Shown in pieces: positions 7,697-14,110 of a DNA stretch of 14,110 nt; position 1 is the stretch's first letter; each line of letters starts with the position of its first letter. Source of the DNA: an uncultured Verrucomicrobiales bacterium (GTDB lineage: Bacteria > Verrucomicrobiota > Verrucomicrobiia > Verrucomicrobiales > DEV007); the NCBI GenBank assembly GCA_938091905.1, contig CALKOM010000079.1:1-14110 (forward strand), given 5' to 3'. Both the position numbers and the translations under genes were made by a program. The notes under the pieces are model-generated. The model was not told the origin of the DNA. It ran no database searches and worked only from the letters and a program-made list of their open reading frames with translations.

Positions 7697-9004
7697 CTAA
7701 CTCAGATCAAGCGCACCACCTTCACAGAGCTCCGGATTACCAAAGCTTTCAAGCTGGTGGCCTGCGCCGTGGGCGAATGCCATCCAAAGACGATTGATCG
7801 AAAGTTTCTCATAGGCAAGGGAACGCCCCATATCGAAGCCGAAGCCATCGCCTAACAAGACGAAAGGAATATTATTCAGCGTATGCGAGTTGCCTTTGCC
7901 CAACTCATTCGTCCAGACGATGGTCGTATGATCGAGCATGCTGCCGTCGGCTCCTGGCTCGGGGGTGTCGGCGAGCTTCGTCACTAAATAGTTTAGCTGC
8001 TCTGCAAACCAAGTGTTAATCTTAACCAGTTTCTTCTGGGCATCCTCGTTGTCATCTGGCTCGTGAGAGAGACCATGATGGCCTTCATTGATGCCCAACC
8101 AGCGCATGCGCGCTTGCCCAACGGAATTCGTGTACTGCAAGGTCGAGACACGCGCCATGTCGTTTGAAAACGCATTGACCATGAGATCAATCTGCATACG
8201 ACTGATCTCGGGAATGTTGTCATTGGTGTCCGAGATTCCTGGCTCCAGTTCAGGCGCAGCATGATGCAGCTTCTGGGCTTCAGCTGCTTTGAGTTCATTT
8301 TCCATTTCGAAAACAAATTCCGCATGCTCCGCTAGCATTTGCCTGTCCTCAGGACTGACCACCTTCTGTAGCTTCTTGAGGTCGGTCTGAAGCTCATCGA
8401 GCACGCTGCCAAGATGCTCCTTATCTTCGAGCTGACCATAAAGCTTCTTGAACATTTGATAGGGGTCATCGATCGCCCCGACCGGCTTGTTAGGGCCAGA
8501 ATAGACCATGCGCGTCCAAGGATCTGCCCGATCCGGCACGCCTACCCCAAACTCCAGCGAACCGAAACGCGTACGCGAGGCTTCTTGGCTTTGGAAATGA
8601 TTCTTCAATTCCTGGTCAATGGAAATGCCACTGCACCAGCCGGCTGGCGTGTGGGAGCCACCTTGAATGTTGCCCGGAAACAACTCCTTGCCCGTGAGCA
8701 AGCAACTCATGCCACGCATGTGACTATCACCATCCCCACGCACTTTGTTCGACATCCCACGAAGCACGAGCATGCGCTCGCGAAACGCTTCCAAAGGCAA
8801 GAGGATCTCTTTAATATCAAAGTCGCGGCCCTTCTTATCTGGCCAGAAAGACTTCGGAATGGTGCCGTTCGGACTGATCATGATCACCATGCGCTGCTTG
8901 CGCACCGAGCTACCGACAGCAGCTTGCAAGCTGGGAAGACCACTGAGAAACGGAAGCGAGGCTGCAGATAGACCAATCTCGCGAAGAAAAGTGCGGCGAA
9001 TCAT
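7697..9004 (-). CDS. DUF1552 (HXXSHH family) protein with a Tat-like signal
   Basis: N-terminus [11 protein letters not shown]...LPFLSGL. Family-like motifs [55 protein letters not shown] and GSMLDHT...NELG..NSHT..NIPFVL.G. ATG at 9004 overlaps the upstream TGA (ATGA), so it is preferred over the track's start at 9040. Confidence 0.9.
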   Translation of the reverse strand: MIRRTFLREIGLSAASLPFLSGLPSLQAAVGSSVRKQRMVIMISPNGTIPKSFWPDKKGRDFDIKEILLPLEAFRERMLVLRGMSNKVRGDGDSHMRGMSCLLTGKELFPGNIQGGSHTPAGWCSGISIDQELKNHFQSQEASRTRFGSLEFGVGVPDRADPWTRMVYSGPNKPVGAIDDPYQMFKKLYGQLEDKEHLGSVLDELQTDLKKLQKVVSPEDRQMLAEHAEFVFEMENELKAAEAQKLHHAAPELEPGISDTNDNIPEISRMQIDLMVNAFSNDMARVSTLQYTNSVGQARMRWLGINEGHHGLSHEPDDNEDAQKKLVKINTWFAEQLNYLVTKLADTPEPGADGSMLDHTTIVWTNELGKGNSHTLNNIPFVLLGDGFGFDMGRSLAYEKLSINRLWMAFAHGAGHQLESFGNPELCEGGALDLS

Positions 9005-11262
9005 GATTCTTGTGTATTTAGAGTGTCGAGTTGATGGCAAGCAGCCGCGGTAACGATGCTAACGATGAGTTTCTGGATGTGGAACCCCGATTCAACGAAA
9101 CCATCGTGAAGGCTGTCTAGCGTATCCAGTCCATAGGCGTTGCAAGGCTGTTTCACAAGATGCTCAAACAAATGCTGAATGAAGCCTCGCTGCGCCTCGC
9201 GGTTCGTCGCTGCGTGTTCGGCCACGTCGCGTGCTCCATTGATCGCAATGCGCTTCCCATCAGGCGCCTCGTAACTCGCTTCAATCTCAATCGGCCGATT
9301 TTTCTCTTCAAAACGAAAACGCCCCACCGCATCGAATCGCTCGAGACTAAAACCTAACGGATTAATGATCGAGTGACAATTCATACAAGCTTTTGACTTG
9401 GTTAGTTCCGTGACCTTCTCGCGCATGGTGAGATGCGGATCAAAGCGACTCTCCTCAAACTTCACGGCCTCAGGCGGTGGCTTGAGAGAACGACCTAGGA
9501 CATTCCGCGTGAGAAAGACACCCCGATGGATCGGCGACGTCGTCCGGTGATACGCGAAACGGGCCAACAGATAGGGATGGGTGAGAACCCCTGCACGCGC
9601 TTTTGGATCAAAATGAACTTTGCGAAAATCACTTCCTTTGAAAGTCCCCTCGCCTATGAAATCTGCCAGCTTGGCATTTAGATAAAGGTAGTCAGCTAAC
9701 AAGAGTTCACGGTAATCTGAAGACTCATTCCAGACAACGTCATCGATGAACACATCGAGTGACCTTCGCATCTCAACAATCGTCTCCTGATCAAACTCAG
9801 GGAACAGCTTTGGGTCTTTCGCCAAGTCAAGCTCCCCCTCGATGTGGAGCCAGTGGTTAAAGAATCCGCGGATCTTGGCTCGTGTCAGCGAATGATCCAA
9901 GAGACGCGTTGCCTCGTCTCGAACCATTTTGGGATCATCGAAAACCATCTCGCCAGCCTGCTCATCTGGCAAGCTATCCCGCAAATAGAGAGCCAGACGG
10001 GAAGCCACATCACCCGAGTCAACTCCATTGCTAGCGAGCATCTCCGGATAAAGAAAGTGCGGCGAAGACAATGTCAGAATGACGACTCGTTTGACAGCCA
10101 CATCCGGTTTCACCTCGACGTCGAAATGCCGCCGAACATAGAATTCCGATTCCTCTTCGTTCAGCGGTCGACGAAATGCCAGTGAGACAAAGCGTGTAGC
10201 AAACTCCTGAACGTCGCCAGCCCAACCTTCACTATTTGGTTTGGCTCCGGCGAGCGACGCTAGATTCGCCACAACGTAGTTTGCGGCTTCGATGGAAGCG
10301 GAAGTAGTCGCTGCGTGCCAAGCCTTCGAAACTGCCGTGCCTCGAACGTAGCCCATACTACTATCATCTGCTGGGAAGGCCGTGCTCACCACCATGACAG
10401 GAGACACTCGCAAAGGTACTAGTAAGTACTTGGGAATGACCCTATCAACACCATTTGGCGGCTTCCAATTTAGCTCGATGGACGCTGACTTTCCCTTAAA
10501 TTTGAAGTACTCCAGCACTAGAGGATAGGCCCGCCCACCTAACAACGTCACCGAAGCCCTTTCTTCTCGCATCTTTCCTGAGCTGACCCAGCCATCAATA
10601 AGTGGTTTGTCAGAATCCCCGTTTACCGAAAGACGAAAGCCGTTCTCTGTCCGCACAATGAATTCGTATACCCCAGTTTCAGGAGCAATCACCGAGCCTT
10701 CCCATTCGATCGCAAAGGCCTCAGCCTTGATCTCCTTTGGCACCGGGCTCCCATTCTTAAAATTAAATCGAACTTCGGAGTCGACGCGCTCCAACTTCCG
10801 CTGGTCGCGACGCGCTCGGCGGCCATCGTAGTAGGACGCCTTTAAGCCGCGCTCCTCTCCCAACTCTCTTGTCCGACGAAAGCTCCCCACAAGATCTGCT
10901 GCAGACTGTTGAAACTGACTCGCCGTTAGCCGCGCTAGCTTCACGCGCACAGGCTTATTCCGCGCCCTCGCTGCCTCAGAATAGAAAGTATCATAAATAA
11001 ACGCCGCCACGGCTTGAGCATCATCATCCTCGCACAAGGCAGCATCATCTTCGGGCATCGTCCTGTGAATGAGCTTGGCGAGATCAGGAATCGTCCGATC
11101 ACCAAAGAGCGGTTCGTCATACTCATCTGCCACACCTTGACCTCTAGGGCCATGACATTCCGCGCACAGCTTTCCGTAAATCACGTGTCCCCGCTTTCGT
11201 GCTTCTTCTCCGAGAACCGAGGCCAACAAGAGAATGAATAGAAGCGTGATTCGAAAAGGCAT
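9001..11262 (-). CDS. Cytochrome c + PA14 + DUF1587/1595/1592/1588/1585 (PSD/PSCyt) protein with two heme c motifs, 753 aa
   Basis: Signal peptide, CAECH (11152-11166) with a downstream TMP candidate Met ligand, and a PA14-like region ([31 protein letters not shown]). Also AFRRPL (DUF1595), [19 protein letters not shown] (DUF1592), [32 protein letters not shown] (DUF1588; CMNCH at 9373-9387) and a C-terminal DUF1585-like helix region. Confidence 0.9.
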   Translation of the reverse strand: MPFRITLLFILLLASVLGEEARKRGHVIYGKLCAECHGPRGQGVADEYDEPLFGDRTIPDLAKLIHRTMPEDDAALCEDDDAQAVAAFIYDTFYSEAARARNKPVRVKLARLTASQFQQSAADLVGSFRRTRELGEERGLKASYYDGRRARRDQRKLERVDSEVRFNFKNGSPVPKEIKAEAFAIEWEGSVIAPETGVYEFIVRTENGFRLSVNGDSDKPLIDGWVSSGKMREERASVTLLGGRAYPLVLEYFKFKGKSASIELNWKPPNGVDRVIPKYLLVPLRVSPVMVVSTAFPADDSSMGYVRGTAVSKAWHAATTSASIEAANYVVANLASLAGAKPNSEGWAGDVQEFATRFVSLAFRRPLNEEESEFYVRRHFDVEVKPDVAVKRVVILTLSSPHFLYPEMLASNGVDSGDVASRLALYLRDSLPDEQAGEMVFDDPKMVRDEATRLLDHSLTRAKIRGFFNHWLHIEGELDLAKDPKLFPEFDQETIVEMRRSLDVFIDDVVWNESSDYRELLLADYLYLNAKLADFIGEGTFKGSDFRKVHFDPKARAGVLTHPYLLARFAYHRTTSPIHRGVFLTRNVLGRSLKPPPEAVKFEESRFDPHLTMREKVTELTKSKACMNCHSIINPLGFSLERFDAVGRFRFEEKNRPIEIEASYEAPDGKRIAINGARDVAEHAATNREAQRGFIQHLFEHLVKQPCNAYGLDTLDSLHDGFVESGFHIQKLIVSIVTAAACHQLDTLNTQES

Positions 11263-11401
11263 GAGTGTGGCACCATAGAAACAAGATCGAGATCAAAACG
11301 GTGCGGTCGTTGATCGATAAATCCTCTCAAAAATGAGACACAATCTACTTTTCCATAAGAACGTCTTCTGCTTTCTATAGTCAGCCGCCTTGCCCCTACC
11401 T
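11263..11401. promoter_or_regulatory. AT-richer divergent promoter region
   Basis: Non-coding gap between divergent genes. Candidate + strand -10 TATAGT at 11376-11381 and a short palindrome TCTCA-AAAA-TGAGA at 11325-11338. No convincing -35 box. Confidence 0.4.
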
Positions 11402-11447
11402 ATGAGAACCTCTAGTCGCTGTTCCAGTTCACAGCTTTCACCTGTGT

Positions 11448-14110
11448 TTGATCTTAGCCCTGATAGGCTCTTGGTCCTCCCTCTTTGGCAGCTCAGGGTC
11501 CATCACCTTTGCATGGAAAACGATCGGCGATCCCGGAAATCCAGGCATGCCAACTCGGCCGCATGGCCAGATGAGCAATGTGATTACCATTGGCCAAGTC
11601 AATCATGAGTACGCGATGGCGAAACACGAGGTCACCGCTGGTCAGTATGCTCACTTTCTCAACTGTAAAGCGAGGTTCGGCGACCCCCACGGCCTCTACA
11701 ATCCAAGAGCAAGCTCCAGTTCGTTTGGCTACATTACCCGGATTGGAAGTGGTATATCGTCCAATCCATACCAGTACGCAGCCAAATCTGGATTCGCCAA
11801 ACTCCCCGTCAACTTTGTCGGCTTCCGAGACGCACTTAGATTCGTGAACTGGTTAGCCAACGGTCAGGGAAACGGCGATACGGAAAACGGTTCCTACGAC
11901 CTGTCTCAAACGGCACCTAACCGACAAAGCGGAGCACAAGTATTCCTGCCAAATGAACATGAATGGCAAAAGGCTGCGTACTACGACCCAAAATCGACGT
12001 CGCAAGGAGGCCCAAGAAACGACTCACACTACTGGATCTACCCTCAACAGTCAGATGAACAGCCCATCCGTGCAAGGCTCGATTCTTCTCGCATCATCAC
12101 CAACCCTCAACCTCACCTGTCTAACTATGGTAGAGACAATACCCAAGGCCATTGCCAGGTGGACTCCGGCGGTAGCGGCACAGAGTCTTACTACGGGATC
12201 ATGCACATGGGAGGTAACGTCGTGGAGTGGCTGGAAGATCGAAACTCAACCCTAGATAGCACTCACCAAGATATCCGTGGTGGAGACTGGGCAAATGGAG
12301 ATTACGACCAGCGCAACCACTTCATCAATTTCGCTGCACCTACCCATGAATCAACTGACAATGGATTCCGACTAGCGGCATCGCTGAACTTTGCCAGTTC
12401 AACCGCAGGAGGCCCTGGCGAACCCAGCGGCGGTGGCGAACCCAGCGGTGGCGTTTGTTCTGCCCCTGACAGTTTTCCACCGAGCGGTGAAGGTTGGGTT
12501 CAAATGTTTGACGGCACGCAATCATCTCTTGAAAACGACTGGCTTCAAAGTGGCACTAGAGCATGGGAGGTCATTGATGGTAACCTCCATCACGAAGACG
12601 TCAGTGGGAGTAGCCATTTGTTTTACGATGGCCCAAACAGTCGTTTCACCAGTTTCGAGATGGTGTGTGAATGGAAGTCAGGTGTAGGCACAAATTCGGG
12701 AATCTACTTCCACACCGAATACCAAGCAGATGGCTTCCCGGCGATCGGCAACGAGGCTCAAATCAACAACACCTCTTCCGCAGCGATTGACAAGAAAACC
12801 GGTTCGCTATTCGGGACGGTGAACTTAGAGACGACCGACATACAAGACGAAGTCTGGAACAAACAACGTATCGTCGTCTTGGACACTCGCGTCGTCATTG
12901 AGGTGAACGACGAAACGACGGTAGACATCGACTTCGAGACGTTTGGTCGGCACATTCATCGCCCCCTTGGCTCAGGACTCATTGCCCTGCAGGGAGAAGG
13001 CCTTGGCGGCTTCCATGACAAGATCATCTTTCGGAACCTTTATGTTCGCCACCTGCCCGTAAGTGGATGCGGCGGCGGTGGCGAACCCGGCGGCGGTGGC
13101 GAACCTGGCGGTGGTGGCGGCGAACCCGGCGGCGGCGGTGGCGAACCTAGCGGTGGTGGCGGCGAACCTAGCGGTGGTGGCGGCGAACCCGGCGGCGGCG
13201 GTGGCGAACCTAGCGGTGGTGGCGGCGAACCCGGCGGCGGCGGTGGCGAACCCGGCGAGCCCTTTAGCAGTGATAGTTCGACCATCGCTCTCTATCATTT
13301 CGATGGTGACGGCAACGATTCCTCCGGGAATGGGCACGATTTAGAGGCAACCGGAAACGTTACTTACAGCAGCAGCGATCTTAGCTGGATGACAACACCA
13401 TCAGGCGCTGCCGCCTGCTTTGGCACAAGTGACGAGCTTTTCGTTTCACTCCCAGATGCTGTTCTCCTTCCCAGCCATGGCTCGGAGTTGACTGTCGAAT
13501 GGAACGTCAAACCCACAAGCATCCCACCACGATCAGGCAACAGCATCAGTTATATCAGACTATACCAAGGTTACGACACATACATTGAACTCAACACGCA
13601 CCCGTGGGCTAGGCCCTACTACCCAGTCCTACGAGTCAACGGGACGGAACTCATTTCTGACGAGAATATGGAACCCTTGTTCCCAACTGCGTGGACGAAG
13701 ATGAAGGTCACACTCGATGACAACGGCTTAGTAACAGCCCACATCAATGATCATGCTATCTCAGCAACATCATTGCCTCCGAACTATAATCGGGGTTCTG
13801 CCTGGCTCCTCTCGATGGGAGGCTTCGATGGATGTATCGACGAGCTGAGAATCAGCAGCCTCGCGCGCTCTGCGTCTCAGCCAGGCGGCGAGCCTGGCGG
13901 TGGCGGCGAGCCTGGTGGTGGTGGTGAGCCCGGCGGCGGCGGCGAACCCGGTGGTGGTGAGCCCGGCGGCGGCGAACCCGGTGGTGGTGAGCCCGGCGGC
14001 GGCGGTGGCGAACCCGGCGAGCCCTTTAGCAGTGATAGTTCGACCATCGCTCTCTATCATTTCGATGGTGACGGCAACGATTCCTCCGGGAATGGGCACG
14101 ATTTAGAGGC
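11448..14110 (+). CDS. Large secreted multidomain protein, 3'-partial (at least ~887 aa): FGE-sulfatase/SUMF1-like domain, DUF1080, LamG-like domain and the start of a second LamG
   Basis: Hand-translated; no stop from 11406 to the window end. FGE-like ~11502-12380 (IGDPGN, HEVTAGQYAHFLN, PVNFV.F.DALRFVNWL.NG, LPNEHEWQKAAYYDP, MGGNVVEW, RGGDW, GFRL). DUF1080 ~12489-13058 (GWVQMFDG, EWK....NSGIYF, EAQI, TGSLFG, WNKQRI, IALQ, FRNLYVR). LamG ~13263-13865 (TIALYHFDGDGNDSSGNGHD...FDGCIDELRIS). The start is uncertain: TTG 11448 in frame, or ATG 11402 out of frame. Confidence 0.88.
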   Translation, partial: MILALIGSWSSLFGSSGSITFAWKTIGDPGNPGMPTRPHGQMSNVITIGQVNHEYAMAKHEVTAGQYAHFLNCKARFGDPHGLYNPRASSSSFGYITRIGSGISSNPYQYAAKSGFAKLPVNFVGFRDALRFVNWLANGQGNGDTENGSYDLSQTAPNRQSGAQVFLPNEHEWQKAAYYDPKSTSQGGPRNDSHYWIYPQQSDEQPIRARLDSSRIITNPQPHLSNYGRDNTQGHCQVDSGGSGTESYYGIMHMGGNVVEWLEDRNSTLDSTHQDIRGGDWANGDYDQRNHFINFAAPTHESTDNGFRLAASLNFASSTAGGPGEPSGGGEPSGGVCSAPDSFPPSGEGWVQMFDGTQSSLENDWLQSGTRAWEVIDGNLHHEDVSGSSHLFYDGPNSRFTSFEMVCEWKSGVGTNSGIYFHTEYQADGFPAIGNEAQINNTSSAAIDKKTGSLFGTVNLETTDIQDEVWNKQRIVVLDTRVVIEVNDETTVDIDFETFGRHIHRPLGSGLIALQGEGLGGFHDKIIFRNLYVRHLPVSGCGGGGEPGGGGEPGGGGGEPGGGGGEPSGGGGEPSGGGGEPGGGGGEPSGGGGEPGGGGGEPGEPFSSDSSTIALYHFDGDGNDSSGNGHDLEATGNVTYSSSDLSWMTTPSGAAACFGTSDELFVSLPDAVLLPSHGSELTVEWNVKPTSIPPRSGNSISYIRLYQGYDTYIELNTHPWARPYYPVLRVNGTELISDENMEPLFPTAWTKMKVTLDDNGLVTAHINDHAISATSLPPNYNRGSAWLLSMGGFDGCIDELRISSLARSASQPGGEPGGGGEPGGGGEPGGGGEPGGGEPGGGEPGGGEPGGGGGEPGEPFSSDSSTIALYHFDGDGNDSSGNGHDLE
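12408..12452 (+). repeat. Short Gly/Pro linker 1 (GGPGEPSGGGEPSGG)
   Basis: Contains GGCGAACCCAGCGG twice; separates the FGE-like and DUF1080 domains. Confidence 0.8.
13071..13262 (+). repeat. Coding tandem repeat, linker 2: EP(G/S)Gn units of 18-21 bp
   Basis: Translates as GGGG EPGGGG EPGGGGG EPGGGGG EPSGGGG EPSGGGG EPGGGGG EPSGGGG EPGGGGG EPG EP. Confidence 0.92.
13230..14110 (+). repeat. Exact direct repeat: 13230-13348 is identical to 13992-14110 (119 bp, 762-bp period; second copy cut by the window end)
   Basis: Base-by-base identity from CCCGGCGGCGGCGGTGGCGAACCCGGCGAGCCCTTTAGCAGTGAT through GATTTAGAGGC. The offset of 762 nt equals 254 codons, so the copies are in frame. Confidence 0.95.
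13878..14024 (+). repeat. Coding tandem repeat, linker 3: EPGn units of 15-21 bp
   Basis: Translates as QPGG EPGGGG EPGGGG EPGGGG EPGGG EPGGG EPGGG EPGGGGG EPG EP. Confidence 0.92.

Noticed and set aside
9005..9040. Longer track starts for DUF1552 (9040), MATE (7662) and tag (5149)
   Set aside because: Downstream ATGs fit better: 9004 gives an ATGA overlap and puts the RR motif at the N-terminus, 7629 avoids the hairpin, and 5110 sits just before the conserved Tag core.
7993..11241. Antisense and alternative-frame ORFs in the DUF1552 and DUF1592 genes (e.g. 8414-8971, 185 aa)
   Set aside because: No family motifs; explained by codon structure of the real genes.
11390..12255. Short + strand ORFs 11390-11608, 11590-11847 and 11953-12255 as separate genes
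   Set aside because: They overlap the long domain-bearing ORF in other frames and have no recognisable motifs. Only the ATG at 11402 is of interest, as covered in the findings.
11502..12380. A functional formylglycine-generating enzyme / sulfatase maturation system
   Set aside because: The catalytic Cys pair is absent from the RGG region, no sulfatase is in the window, and the domain is part of a secreted multidomain protein.
13071..14024. GGC/GGT-rich repeat arrays as a CRISPR array
   Set aside because: Units are adjacent without unique spacers, vary in multiples of 3, encode Gly linkers, and no cas genes are present.
12391..14106. Track ORFs with ANPAAAVA, FATAAAG or poly-Pro repeats (12391-12687, 12972-13337, 13040-13285, 13063-13344, 13770-14099, 13900-14106) as repeat proteins or RiPP precursors
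   Set aside because: They are alternative-frame or antisense shadows of the GC-rich EP(G)n linkers and the 119-bp duplication. The long + strand frame carries recognisable domains on both sides.

Overview
About 14 kb of bacterial chromosome, most likely PVC superphylum and Verrucomicrobia-like (inferred from the DUF1592/DUF1552 pair and the style of the secreted proteins). Left to right: the 3' end of a UPF0014/FetB-type permease (+); a 1244-aa secreted beta-propeller protein (-); a ~570-bp non-coding gap with a structured element and possible decayed gene; tag, 3-methyladenine DNA glycosylase I (-); a GT2 glycosyltransferase (+) whose motifs resemble eukaryotic QTGAL/B3GNTL1 along its whole length; a MATE transporter (-); a translationally coupled di-heme cytochrome c/PA14/DUF1592 gene and Tat-type DUF1552 gene (-); and a large + strand gene missing from the ORF track because it runs off the window. 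That last gene encodes FGE-like, DUF1080 and tandem LamG modules joined by Glu-Pro-(Gly)n linkers. Its apparent ATG start is out of frame by +1, and it contains an exact 119-bp internal duplication. No rRNA, tRNA, CRISPR array, transposase or reverse transcriptase was found. All domain calls come from motif recognition by eye, not from database searches.
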